A DNA stretch of 64,000 nt from Octopus sinensis (taxonomy: Eukaryota). The notes beneath the pieces are model-generated. The model was not told the origin of the DNA. It did not search any database and saw only the letters and a list, made by a program, of their open reading frames with translations. The position numbers and the translations under genes were made by a program. Location: contig NC_042999.1 in assembly GCF_006345805.1 (NCBI RefSeq), positions 121,644,001 through 121,708,000 on the forward strand, given 5' to 3'. This document shows positions 13,567-27,028 of the stretch, one piece after another; positions within the stretch are counted from its first letter, which is position 1; each line of letters starts with the position of its first letter.

Positions 13567-15328
13567 CCTTTTGTAAGCTGCCATTTGAGCTACCACACCT
13601 GTCATCCTCTACCATTCTTTCAACCTCTTCCTCTGCTCATCAATACTCTATCCAATTTAATCATGCCACTACACATTTCCAAGTGTTTTTTTGTCCACTT
13701 ACATTTCCAGCAGCTCCAAACAAATAACCTCTCAATAACTTCCTATGAGCTGCAAGTTAAATCATAACACCCTCTATCAAATTTAGCTTCTCTTTCTGAG
13801 CCTCACTGTCACTTCTTTTGACCTTCTGCCCAGGTCAGTAGTTCATCTACCACCGTTTCCTCCCACTTTTCATTTTCAAATACAGTCAACTAAATAAGGC
13901 TGTATAAAAACCACCTCTCCCAGAATTATCGTTGTATCTTGAATACATATAAAACTTATTGTATTTCTTTTCTAACATTTTCCTCTGTGTTGTTATCTGT
14001 CTTTCTTTTTTACCTTCTTCTCCTTCTCCTTCTTTCTCCATTGCTCTTTGTCTCTCTCTCTTTCACTCTACCCTCTAACATTTTTCTTCCCCTGCCATGT
14101 GACCTGAAGTCATCATCACCTCTCTTCTTTTCTCTTCTATTCCTGAATTCCTAGGCAACCACTCATGTTTCTCCTGTTTCCCACTTTCAACAGGCTTTGT
14201 TCCTTCTATTTCCAGTCGTTCAGGATACTTTTTCCTAGAGTTACCCATGTATTCGTCTCATGTTTGAGCCGTAAGACCTTATTCTGTTTATTTATTTCAT
14301 TTTGTTTTTATGTCTACATTCTGTCAAGCTTGTTTTCATCTCTGTCCCTTGTTTATTCACTATTTGTTTCATCTTGAATATTATTTTGTTTGTATATTGT
14401 ACATTTATTTAAATTCTGTCGTACTTGGTCTCTTGTTTGTTTACTTGCTATTTTCCAGTGGCTACTTGTCACTAAAAGTACTAAGTTTGAGTTATTTGAC
14501 CAAAATCTTTAATGAAGCAAGAGTATCCAAAAGTCGTGTAGACATGGTTAGCATGATGAAAGTGCATGAATGGTCGGTGATATTGAAAATGATAACTAGA
14601 AAGTTCTTGGCAGATGTCATTTCAAGATATGCCTTACAAGTGAGTCAGGATGTTGTAAAGAAGGATAAGTTTTGGTAAGCAATTGAGGAACAGATGGAAA
14701 ACATGAAAGACAAGAAAGTTGTCACTGCTGGAGAGGACAGCCTTGAATGGCTATGTGGAAAGACAAATGAATGGCTTAGTGGGAGCTAAAGGTAGTCATA
14801 GATATTGTGTGTATAACAGAAGGAGTGAAATGATTTTGAAGTTTGTTAATCTATTATCAGAAAGCTGATAATAAACATAGACATTGGTTTTGGTTGACAG
14901 AAACTATCGACTACTTGAATGTAGGCGAGAGAAAAATGAATATTCAAGATACAACGATAATTCTGAGAGAGGTGGTTTTTATATAGCCTTATTTAGTTGA
15001 CTGTGTTTGAAAATGAAAAGTAGGAGGAAACAGTGGTAGATGAACTACTGACCTGGGCAGAAGGTCAAAATAAGTGACAGTGAGGCTCAGAAAGAGAAGC
15101 TGAATTCGATAGAGGGTGTTATGATTTAACTTGCAGCTCATAAGAAGTAATTGAAAGGTTATTTGTTTGGAGCTGCTAGAAATGTAAGTAGATAAAAGAA
15201 CTACTAAAACACTTGGAAATGTGTAGTGGTATGATTAAATTGGATAGAGTATTGATAAGCAGAGGAAGGGGTTGAAAGAATGGTAGAGGATGACAGGTGT
15301 GGTAGCACAAATGGTAGCTTACAAAAGT
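13567..15328. repeat. Long inverted repeat, arms 13567-13944 and 14941-15328, about 1 kb spacer
   Basis: Manual alignment gives about 19 substitutions and one indel over about 380 bp. Confidence 0.95.
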
Positions 15329-16520
15329 TATAAGGTGGCCAAGAAGGTTGCAATGAAAGAGCTAGCAAGAGCAGAAAGGACACATAGGAAAATTTCTGTG
15401 AAATGCATATATTTAGAAGAATCAACAAAGGGTTTTAAAGGTTGCTAAGTAGTTGGTGAGAAATATGATGTGCGATGGGTGAGCTGCTTCAAGGACAAAA
15501 TAGGACAAATTGCTGTAAACTCTGATGTAAGTTAGATAGTATTGTATCATAAAGAGCAGTGAGTGAAAAATAAACTGAGGAAGCATTCAGAGTGATGAAG
15601 AATGGAAAAGTAAAAGGGTTAATAGAAGTTGTGAGAGAGATGTTGAAGGCACCAGAAAGATAACATGTGAAAAAAAATAGATTTGTAGATTTATGGAAAA
15701 AGAAGATGGCATGCTAGTGAATCAAATAGGTCTATCCTTTTGCAGAAGGAAAATGACCAATTTCTAAACTGTGATTTATATAGAGCAATTACGTTATTGG
15801 AACAAAGCATGAAGGTATTGGAATGAGTGTAAGAGAAAAGAGTGAGGAAGAAAATGAAGATTGAAGATATGCAAATCAAAAAGATGAAATGTAGGGTAGA
15901 GGAAATAACTGATGCAATTTTTCTTGTAAGGCAGTGAGAGGAAGAAGTTGTACCTTAGATTTGTTTAATTGGAAAATACTTTTGATAAGGTTTCACATGA
16001 AGTGGTAACTTTGGCATTGAGAAGGTTAAGAGTGGCAGAGTAGTGATGATGGTGTATAAGATGATTAGATTAGTAATGCTGATGTATAAGAGAGCAGTTA
16101 GTCATAAAATGAAGAATAGGATCAGTGATGAGTTTGAAGTGAAGATTAGAATGCAACATTCCATTGCTATTTGTAGTTGTAAGGAAGACATTGGCTCAAT
16201 GAAGACAGTAAGGAAGACATTGGCTCAATGAAGACAGTGGCAAGATTACTATGTGAATTAATGTACCCAGATGCAATTTACCATGGAAGCTGCTGTACAT
16301 AATAGAAGACAGTATGGATAGGTTGGTGGTGAAGAAATATATTTTGAAGGAATATATAGATGCAAAGGGAAAGAAGATGAATATCAAAAATACGAAATTA
16401 ATGGCAAGTGGTAAAGCATGTATTGCAGTAAAAACAACAGGGAAGCAACCATATGCAGTGTGAAGTAAGAATATTGGAGTGAACTCCATTACACATACAA
16501 TATGCATTGGGGATGTGTAT
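14500..16520 (+). mobile_element. Old, heavily decayed RTE-clade LINE (APE plus RT remnants)
   Basis: VISRYALQVSQDVVKKDKFW (cf. RTE VISAYAPQVG...EKEKFW), YRAITLLEQSMKVLE, GRG.TDAIFLVRQ, LPWKLLY; many stops and frameshifts. Confidence 0.8.
16179..16238. repeat. Perfect 29-bp tandem duplication
   Basis: gtaaggaagacattggctcaatgaagaca x2. Confidence 0.95.
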
Positions 16521-16614
16521 GCATGTATGTATGTATCTATGATGATGATACATATATGTGTGTGTGCATAAGTACACCAACACACACACACATATATATA
16601 TATGTGTATATATA

Positions 16615-16657
<43 letters not shown>

Positions 16658-16835
16658 GGCAGGATCTGTGCAGTTTCCATCTATTAAATTCATTTGGAAG
16701 ACATTAGTTGGCATGGGTCTATAATAGAAGATACTTGTCCAAAATATTGTACTATGAGACTGCACTTGAAACCATGAAGCTGCAACGTAAAATTCTTAAA
16801 CAAACATACATGCATACATACACACATGCATGCAT

Positions 16836-16894
<59 letters not shown>

Positions 16895-16910
16895 CACACA
16901 CATATATTTG
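16520..16910. repeat. Compound (TA)/(CA)/(TG) microsatellites
   Basis: Direct reading. Confidence 0.9.
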
Positions 16911-17117
16911 TAATTGAATAACATGATATAAGAAAATATGCAGTTTTTGATATGTTATCAGTATTGTCAATCATAAAATTAATATCAAAAAGAGACAAGC
17001 CTATGTTACTTATATAAATGTTTAAAAATTTTTTAATTGACAAATAAATACATTAATAAGAATCTGAAAGAGAATGTCTTTTCCTGATTTTAAAATTTCA
17101 AAATTTGTAAAATAGAC

Positions 17118-17293
17118 ACAGGAGATGCTGTGGGGTAAGTAGCTTGCTTACCAACCACATTGTTCCTGGTTCAGTTTCACTGCATGGCACCTTGGGCAAG
17201 TGTCTTCTACTATAGCCTCGGACCGACCAAAGCCTTGTGAGTGGATTTAATAGATGGAAACTGAAAGAAGCCAGTCGTATATATATGAGTGTG

Positions 17294-17336
<43 letters not shown>

Positions 17337-17548
17337 TTGTGTGTCTGTGTTTGTCCCCCCCAACCATTGCTTGCCAACCAATGTTGGTGTGTTTACATCT
17401 CTGTAACTTAGCAGTTCAGCAAAAGAGACCAGCAGAATAAGTACTAGGCTTACAGAAAATAAGTCCTGGGATTGATTTGTTCAACTAAAGGCAGTGCTCC
17501 AGCATGGCCACTGTCAAATGGCTGAAACAAACAAAAGAATAAAAGAAT
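17118..17548 (+). mobile_element. Near full-length tRNA-derived CORE-type SINE with internal (GT)n
   Basis: A-box-like gctgtggggtaag, B-box-like ggttcagtttc, CORE-like ggcaccttgggcaagtgtcttct, internal (GT)n, tail ccagcatggccactgtcaaatggctgaaac...aaaagaataaaagaat. Confidence 0.85.
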
Positions 17549-18427
17549 GGTATATTCAGTGATTATGAATTAAGTTTTTAGATAATCATTTCAAGCTCTT
17601 TTGTTTGTATTTCATTCCTAATTATTTGCCAAAATTTCCAGGTAAATAGCCTAACCTGAGAATTAGATAATAATTAAAAGCTAAATATGTGACTTATGAT
17701 TAATTGGTTACTTCTATGAAATATATGTTTAATATGTTAGTTATTGTTTATATCTTGCAACAATCCATTGTATGACAACAATGTATTTATAATTCTTTTA
17801 ATAGCCAAGGAAAATTTAATAAAAATTTTTGTTTCATTGTTTGTGAAAATATTTTTGCTGATAAAATTTTGCTAAATGATTTCATTTTCTTTGTGAATCA
17901 TGATGTCCCAATCAGAAATTTACAAATACACTTTTTCATCATTTTCATCTATGATAAAAGGTATCATTTTCAAAGATCTATACAATATATTGACTATGAA
18001 TAGAGTGTAATCTGAAAGTATTTTAAGACCAAAATAAAAATAATATACTCAGTAATGAATATATTTTATCATACATTGATGTAGAATGTTAAATGTAATT
18101 TACATAGATAAAGTGCATACAAACTCAGAGATATATACATAACTTAGTCATATATAAAGGTATATGTACATCTTTATTAGTAATCCATTGTGGCATATTT
18201 CATTTATGACAATACAGTGCCCCGGTTCATTCATGTCCACTATATTTTATAGTTCCTATGAGTATTTTCTTGTAAAATGCTAGATGGAAAAAGATTACTG
18301 GCCGATAGATCAGCCCTTCTCTATTTCTTGGAGGAAAAAGGCATTATGACAGATCCCCACTTTTCTCTCACAATGTAGTGTAGCTGATTCTGAGAGTGTG
18401 AGAAGGGAAAAGAGCAAGAGAGTGGAA

Positions 18428-18585
18428 AAATCAATCCAATATTTGACTGATGCATTACTTATTGACTGCAGAGATTTGCAGGACAAAGTTGACCCGAGTG
18501 TAATTTGAACAAAGGATACAAAGAGCTGGAACAATTAATGCAAAGAATTTGTGCAATGCATTAGTAATTCCACCAATCATCAGTT
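18428..18585 (-). mobile_element. Degenerate short SINE (63 kb family)
   Basis: aatcaatccaatatttgactg...caaagttgacccgagtgtaatttgaac...aattccaccaatc. Confidence 0.55.
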
Positions 18586-19424
18586 CTAGTTGCATACATA
18601 CATACATGTATTGTTAACTCATCTCTAGCATTCCTTTCCCTTCTGCTACTTATCTGTTTGTTCTTTTGTTTAACCATTTGAGATCAGTGTTGTTGGAGTC
18701 AGGGAGTATTAAAATGGAAACTGTAATGTTTATGAGTCACCCAAGAGATTTACAAGAAGGGAGTGTAACACCAACAACCATAATCAAGCTTAGGTTGCTA
18801 ACTTATCTCACCAGGAACTTACCACCTATGCTAATAGCTTTCACTCCATGGTTAATGTGATAAGAAAAAATTTGCTTCAGTAATCTCTATATTAATAACT
18901 GCTGATATCTACAAATGTTGGTTGGCTGGTTGAATGATTTCTTCAGTTAAACTTTACATCATAGAGAGAGGGGTAGAAAGTGTCAAAGGTACAGTGAGTG
19001 AGAGAGAAAGTGGGAGAGAGCGAGAGACAGGGTTAACATAAGAGGTGCAGGATGAGTGTTTCATGGGAAGCAATGAGTAAAATAACATTACTTGCACACT
19101 GTATGTGTGTGTATGTGTGTATATATATATATATATATATTATAGTGAATGAGAAGGCCGTAACTTCAGTTTGGTATTCTACCAGCTATTTTGATTTTTA
19201 AGATTTTTGTAACATTCTGAAAACTACACATTCTTTTTTAATGAAATCTTACAGAGATAGGTTTTTGATTCAGTTTATTGCAAATATAATTATAAAGTTT
19301 TGAAAAATAATTTCTGTGGGGAATTTTGGGACTATTTTCTCTCCTATCACAGAGTTCTAATTTCTGTAACTTCTGCATTTTTCACTTTCATGTACCATGA
19401 AACTACTAGCTATTTATAGCTAGT

Positions 19425-19625
19425 ATTTTTTTCAGTCTTTTAACTGTGGCCATACTGGAGCACCACCTTTAGTCAAGCAAATCGACCCCAGGACTTATTC
19501 TTTGTAAGCCTATTTTATTGGTCTCTTTTGCCGAACTGCTAAGTTATGGGGGATGTAAACACACCAGCATTGGTTGTCAAGCGATGTTGGAAGGACAAAC
19601 ACAGGCACACAAGCATATACATACA
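19425..19625 (-). mobile_element. 3' half of the CORE-type SINE
   Basis: Reverse complement of 17345-17530 (ctgtggccatactggagcacc...ggacttattc...ggtctcttttgccgaactgctaagtta...gatgtaaacacaccagcattggttg). Confidence 0.85.
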
Positions 19626-19648
19626 TAAATACACACACACACACACAA

Positions 19649-19706
<58 letters not shown>

Positions 19707-20645
19707 AAGAGTTAAGGATGGAATTGATAAAATCTAGGCTACATATGTTTCTTCATGAGTGGAACCTCGAAAGTGGTAAATATCCAAGTCAGGTGTATAC
19801 TGCAGGCTACTCCAAGTCAGGTTTATACTCAGGCCAAGGATATTTTGATTAAATGAAGTTTACATTGTCGTTAGGAGGCCCATATTGGCACACAAAGGAT
19901 TCGATCAGAATGTGCAGAGCACATGGTTTGAGAGGAGACTATATATATATAATGTCAGTAATGTTGATCTTTGTAAGCATCTGAGGAATCGACATGTGTT
20001 GTGTAAATAATATCTATGGTTACTAAGATAAATTAAACTAACTTAATTACCATTTTATAGTATGTTGCACAAATAATAAAACACTATGTTTTGTAATTTT
20101 TGAAGACATTCCAGAATTCTAGAATGACAGCTATGTATCCCTTGTGTAACTGATAGTGTAATATGATTAAAGAACAGCTCCTATATCGTCATATCATGAA
20201 AAAAATTTCACTAAACAAAGAAACTAGCAAAAAAGTGAGCCTGGTGAAAGTTTTCTTTCAAAATTTGTTTATCTTTATCAGTTAAAAGGAATTAATATTT
20301 TGTTAACAATTTTTAAAAAATCTTACTACCTTATATACCATCTCTAAGGAAACATCATAATTACAATGCTTGGACCATATTATCAAGTGAAATGACCATC
20401 ACTCAGGAGTATATGTAAAGTTTTTTTTTCCAATATTTTTTCATGAAGCTACAAAATGGTACAAACTAAAGCAAGGAAAGCAACAGAGTTCAATACAGGA
20501 GAGAAAAAGAAAATAAGGAAAACTACAAATTTGATAAAAGTTAAATTGTAATTATTGCATGTATATCATATTTCACAATATTAGTTTTGGTGGCAATTGT
20601 ATATAAACAACTTACCAGCATATTGCAACATACTTTAAAAAAATA

Positions 20646-20765
20646 CAGGTATCCCCTTATTACAGACACTCCGGGTATGGGGCTTTGTGCTAATGGAAAT
20701 TATAAAGTCTAGTTACTAATTTCAGGATACAGTCTGTAATTTCACCCTTATGGAAACTTGCATGA
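20646..20765 (+). mobile_element. Tigger/pogo-like terminal fragment
   Basis: ta|caggtatccccttattac start resembles Tigger-type TIRs; no partner TIR seen. Confidence 0.35.
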
Positions 20766-20994
20766 ATTAACAATTTAAAACTTGACATTCTTCTTAGCCA
20801 AAAGGCAACTTCTAAGCATTTTAGCTAAGATCAAAATATAGATAACGATTTGAAAAACTATAATCACAATGCATATATATGTGCTTGTGTGCATCACTAT
20901 AAACACTCACAGAGTGTGTGTGGCAGAATTTTTCACTGAATATTTGTGGGTGTTTGAGTATGTTTTCCTATGATACAATGAGTATCTATATGTC

Positions 20995-21029
20995 TGTCAA
21001 TCTATCTGTCTGTCTATCTATCTATCTAC

Positions 21030-21082
<53 letters not shown>
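20995..21082. repeat. (CTAT)n microsatellite
   Basis: Direct reading. Confidence 0.95.
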
Positions 21083-21084
<2 letters not shown>

Positions 21085-21829
21085 CTGTATGTCTATCTTC
21101 TTGTCTGTCTGTGTTAATATGTGTTTATATATATTTATAGTTATATGTATTATATATATATGTATTATATATATAGATATATATAGAGAGAGGGGGGAGA
21201 AAGAGACACACAGAAAAATACCAATCTTCACCATCACCTCTATCTATTATCAATACCATCACAATCACTATCAACACCAAAACTAATACAATCACTACCA
21301 TTATCAACTACTTAATGACCAACAACAACCACAGAAACAAGAGAATGAACAAGGTAAGTGATCTATCTAAACTAAAAGACAGTCAAACAAGATAACGTAA
21401 TACCCTTGTGTATTTTAAAAGTTAAATGAAATGTTTGATCTTTAGTCAATGAGGATCGATGTGAGACTAAACAGCAACAACAATACAATTTGCAAAAACA
21501 ATATGACCACTGCCACCACTAGCAGTATTTCCACTATCACCTCCCTGTGCCATTATCATATTCAAGCAAACAAATACGACCTTCATCACCACCACTATCA
21601 ACCCACCAAGTTTTGAGTAAATGTTACCAATTAGTTATTCAAAATTAACTGTTATCAGTTAGAGAGTGGGAGTTTTTATGGCTCAAACCAGAGGTGCCAA
21701 GGTAAAGTTTCTGTGTACCTAGTAACCCTTCAACTAACTGTAATACAATACTTCTTCATATTCCATAAAAATAAAGCAAATTTTTGCTCCCACACAATAT
21801 TTCCTTATTTTGTGCAATTTTTCCTAATA

Positions 21830-22240
21830 CAGTGTGCATCAGTATTTTGAGGTCATTTGTAGGAATAAAGAAAAAGAAGCACGTCAGAGAAAATCTTTAT
21901 TTGAATGAAAATTGGTACAAATATTTTTGAGAGTCCTTTCAACACTTCTATCCAATAAATCCACCATTAGCCTTAATAATGGCTTCAGTTTGGGGTCTGA
22001 AGTGTTGACATGTACGAATGAGATGGTCTTTATAAATTTCGGACAAAGTCTTTGTTATAGCACACTCAAGAGATTGAATGGTGTTATGAGAGTGTTGATT
22101 GACCTTTCTTTCGATGATACCCCAGATGTAATGGCCCAGTGGATTGAGGTCAGGTAAGCTAACAGGCCATGTGTCTGGAGTATCATGACTGTGGAAATTG
22201 GCATGCATCCAAGCTTGGGTTGTTTTAGCCTTATGAGATG
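21830..22240 (-). mobile_element. Tc1/mariner (maT/DD37D-like) transposase 3' fragment with terminal sequence
   Basis: ORF 21948-22208 WPVSLPDLNPLGHYIWGIIERK...AIIKANGGFI (cf. WPPNSPDLNPLDYYVW); ta|cagtgtg terminus at 21830. Confidence 0.8.
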
Positions 22241-22254
22241 AGTACTATGTGCTC

Positions 22255-22700
22255 TACTTTGTCAGATATCTTAAACATCTCATTGACTGTTCCCGATGGG
22301 CAAGGTGTTTTTTCGTTTTGGCTTTACATCATTTATATAAATTTGCTTGTAACCATTTAACTTACGAAGTGAAGAGCTGGTACTTGGGGTAGATTCTTCT
22401 CTCTTCAATACATTCTCCTCATTCAACATCTTTTCGTAACACTTCCATCTCTTTTTATTTCCATTCACACTATGGGAAAATGTGCCATTACTTTCCCATG
22501 CACACCAACAATTTCTTGGTTCTCTCTAATACAATATTTTGCAGTTCAGATCACTTTATGCCTCTGATCATTTTGCCAAAGAACATTGGCAAATCTCTTA
22601 CTTTCTGCTTCTCTTACTAAGTATTCCTGACGTTTTAGCTACTCTCTGCTGTTCCTTTCCTTCCAGTTTTTTTTCAGAGCTCTTCTCTTAGATTTTATAG
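22255..22700 (-). mobile_element. RTE LINE fragment (linker before RT)
   Basis: KKRWKCYEKMLNEEN resembles RTE ERW.EY.E.LLNEEN. Confidence 0.55.
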
Positions 22701-23998
22701 CTCCATCTTCTGTAGGGATTAGTCAGTGAGTATATGATTGCACTGGATAATTATGCTTGTAATGCTGGATATGATTTTTTTCATTTTTATATATCACTTT
22801 TTATTATTGCTTTCATTTGAAATAACTCCATAAAATATACAGCACATAATTCTAGATAGAACATATTAGCAAATAATGAACTTTATCAATATTATGAAAT
22901 GAAGATTAGTGATTTATAAGTGGCAGTCAGTACGTTGAGATTACAATCTACTTGATTGATTAATTTTCTATTTTGTTTGATTTTGTTTCTCAAAGGCACA
23001 TCTTTCATGATTGATTGCTAAAATAGCAATTACTTAAACTATAATAGTATTCATTTAATATGTATTCTAATATAGATGCAATTGAAGTCCATAATCAATA
23101 TACAAATCACAATCAGTCAGTAATTAAGAAATATTGGCCAAGACAGATTATTGGAAGTATGTTCTGCAGAAAATAAAATGACACTTCATAAAACATTTGT
23201 CCAATTAATGGTAAAATTTAAAATATCTAGTTTTTTTTTTTGCATAAATATCACAAAATAAATTTGAACATACCTTGAAAATTACAAAACAATTGTCTTT
23301 ACCTTTCATAATTTCTAGTCTTATTTCTTCATCCTTGCATTAACAGGGTTAGAAAATTGTTTCCTTGCATAATTTTTGTATATGTTTGTGTATCCACCTG
23401 CTACAAATAACCTAAAAGCCAGTTTTGCTTGTTCTAAGATTAACTTCTCTGTAACTAAATTACCGCTACTTGTTTATTAGGTGAGGAAAATGAGTGCACA
23501 TCAAACAGTACAAGAAAACAACTCTATTAAAATGTGTGTAAGCCATTTATTGCCTATTCATGTATGGAGAACAAATATGCATTCTCAAACTAACTGCCTA
23601 TGAAACCATAATGATTTTCAAATATTACCCTATACCATAAACCATTTAACCTATACACATTATTTATATTCATAAAAATGATATATATTTTTGTGACATC
23701 AAATCATTCATTCATAATTTTGTAACTCATTCTTTAATCTGCACTTCTCTGAAAACAGTTCCATATGTCTTCAGCATTCTCTTAGCACAGCATCCTTTCA
23801 TCTTAAATAACTTTATGGTATATTATCATTTTATCTCCAGCTGTGTAAGATGTTCTGCTTCCATGAGTTTTATGAAAGCTAAAGATTAACATAAAATTAG
23901 CCTTTTATGATAAATAAAAACATTTTATTCCTCAAAACAGTGGCCTCTTAATTTTTTATTGTGAATGAAACCATGATCTACATCATTCATTAAATCTC

Positions 23999-24193
23999 AA
24001 TATAAAATAGTGTACATTTAGTCACCAGAGAAACTGCCTTCAACAAGCAGTTTTACATGCTAGAAGTAGTCAAAATGACCAAAACCACATTTAAGAGCGA
24101 GGGTTAGGGTTAGTCATTTTGACTACTTCTAGCATGTAAAAATGCTTGTTGAAGGCAGTTTCTCTGGTGTTTAAATGTACACTATTTTATATT
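23999..24193. repeat. Hairpin with 81-bp inverted arms and a 33-nt loop containing telomeric repeats
   Basis: Arms 23999-24079 and 24113-24193 pair at 78 of 81 positions; loop ends agggttagggtta. Confidence 0.95.
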
Positions 24194-24295
24194 TATAATA
24201 TGTTGTCTATTGACTTTTTATACATGCTAGGCCACTGGTAGTGAAATTTCTAAAAAAAACCTGCTACCTTATATTTTCATTCATAAAATTTATAG

Positions 24296-24335
<40 letters not shown>

Positions 24336-24339
24336 GTAG

Positions 24340-24368
<29 letters not shown>

Positions 24369-24374
<6 letters not shown>

Positions 24375-26586
24375 CATCCACTCGTGACCGAGAAAGAACA
24401 TTGCCGACCTTCAGGAACATTGTGCGCTCTAGGACTAACTTATATTTTGCATTTGCAGCTCTATTGGTGGCTAATGAGCCCTGCTCTTGACAAGCATACA
24501 CGACTGCAAACATTGCAGACCAAGCTTTCCCCATTTACTATACGAGCCGTGCGCTTTTGCGCAGCTCGCTTAAGTTCTTCATGCTGGATATGTGCTCTCT
24601 CAAAAGTTTCGATCCCCTCCTTAAACTGCTTCCTGCATCTGTGGCGATGACAGGCATTGTTCTCCCTGTCAGTGTCCTGCATATCAAAGGCCTTTAACGA
24701 GGACTTGACACAGTCCTTAAATCGCAGCCTTGGTTTCTGCCGGAGTCTCCTTCCATTCACAAGTTCTCCATAGAGCATCTGCTTAGGAATCCTTCTATCC
24801 TCCATTCTAATAAGGTGTCCAGTCCAATGCAACCGGTGCTTGTGTACCATCGCCTCAATACTCAAGATATCAGCTATCCTCAGGATCTGTCTGTCTGGAA
24901 TTTTTGAGGTCCAGCCAACATTGAGAATGTGTCTGAGACATCTCTGATGAAAACGTTCAAGGACCCTTACCTGACGTTTGTACAGAGTCCATGTCTCACA
25001 TGAGTAGAGAGAGAAGCGATGTCAGTACACAAGCACGGTACACAGCAACTTTTGTTCTCCTTGCAATGCCATATTGGGACCAGACACGAGACTGAAGAGA
25101 CCGGAAGGAATTAGTTGCTCTCTGCAACCTGAAAGATATTTCCTCATCCAGGGAGCAAGAACAGCTGAGTGTGCTGCCCAGGTAGACAAACTTGTCTACT
25201 ACCTTCAGAATTGTTCCTTCAACCATGATAGCTGGTTTTATATATGGATTTCCTGGTGCAGGCTGGAACATTACAACAGTCTTGTCCAGGCTAATGCTGA
25301 GTCCAAATGCCCTTCAAGAAGCAGAAATGCAATTCATGAGTATTTGCATGTCATCCACTGTATGAATGACTAAGTCACAGTCATCTGCATAAAGGAGGTC
25401 ACGAATAATAGACTGGGAAACCTTTGAATTAGCAGCAAATTGGCGAAGATTAAAGAGGCGGCCAGAATATCGATATCTGACATATATTCCCAGAGAGCTA
25501 ACCTTAGCAAAAGCATGAGTAAAAGTAGCAGCAAAGTACAAAGAAAAGAGAATTGAGGCAAGAATGTCACCCTGCTTAACACCATTCTCTACAGGAATGG
25601 GTCCCGCCATGGCACCACCAACATTGACCCAAGCCTCCACCCCATCATGAAATGATTTAATTATAGATACAAAGTGATCCGGACATCCAAGTTTGCCAAG
25701 TATTTTCCATAGAAAGGCCCTATTTACAGTATCAAAGGCCTTAGTTAAATCAATGAATACCTGGACAAGATCCATATTCTGCTCATAGCACTTCTCCTGC
25801 ATCTGTCTTGCTGTCAAAATCATATCCATTGTCCCTCTACCAGATCGGAAGCCACATTGAAATTCAGATAGGACATCATTTACGAGACACCCATTCAGAC
25901 GGGTAAGAAGAATATTTGCCAGAACCTTACCAGCAACTGATAGTAGAGCAATACCTCTGTAGTTACCACACATTGTTCTGGCTCCTTTTCCTTTATATAG
26001 AGGAAGAATAATTGCATCCTTCCAGTCCTTAGGGATTGCACCATCCCTCCAGACTGCACTAATAAGTTCATGAAGGGACTGTGTGATGCAATTACCACCA
26101 AATCGCAAGACCTCAGCACAAATTCCATCCTTTCCAGGTGCCCTACCAAGATTCAATTTACTTATTGATGTCATTACTTCATGTATTGATGGCGAGGAAT
26201 CTAAGGAGTCAATGATAGGTCTTTGTTTCATAGTATCAATCACTGTTTCATCCACAACTGACTAATGGTTTAGGAGTTCGATCCAGCGACCTGTGATTTC
26301 TGTTGATTTAGTAAACAGTGTAAGACTCCTTGGAAAGCAAAGGAGCTGATGTGGAGCTCTTAGGTCCATAAGCTCGCTTCATAAGATGGTAAAGCTTCTT
26401 GCTGTCATTTGCATCAGCAGCAGCCTGAACATCACGAGCAAGATCCTCCCACCAAGTGTTTTGCATCTTCCTGAGAGATCGCTGCAGTAGTGATTTTACA
26501 CTGTTATAGTGGGCAAGTGCTAGACTTTGCTGTACAGTAGACAGTTCTCTGTGCAGCAACACACTGTGGGCATGGCGCTTCACCAC
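24369..26586 (-). mobile_element. Relatively young 5'-truncated RTE-clade LINE (RT plus C-terminal zinc finger), frameshifted
   Basis: ORFs 26308-26586, 25314-26255 (NYRGIALLS, QCGFRSGRGT, FIDLTKAFDTV, GVKQGD, LLYADD), 24996-25271 (FVYLGS), 24461-24865 (RLHWTGHLIRMEDRRIPKQMLYGEL, CNVCSRVCLSRAGLISH); both ends abut (TA)n. Confidence 0.97.
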
Positions 26587-27028
26587 TAATAGTCGTTATA
26601 TATATATACATACACATATATATATTCACATATGTCTGTTTATGCATATAAATATACATTTGTATCTGTTTTATATGCAAATATGTACACACATACACAG
26701 TCATTTTTTATATCAAAAGCTTAGCAAAATTTGGCAAGAGAAACTTGAATTACTGCTGTAGTTAATAAAGATATATACTCTTCTTCATGTATTGAATTGT
26801 ATACTGCCCATTTGCAAAAACCAAACATACATTTACATAAAGAGTTCTGGTTTTCATGTTTTTATCTTTAACTCACTCTTCTTCGCTTCTTTCTTCCTCT
26901 CTCCCTCTGTGTGTGTGTAGAGAGAGAGAGAGAGTGTGTGTGTCTGAATGAACTGGAACTTATAATTTAGATTTGACTCATCAACATTTCAGAGATAAGT
27001 GGTGTGTCTTCTCTGTTTTAGAAGCAAC

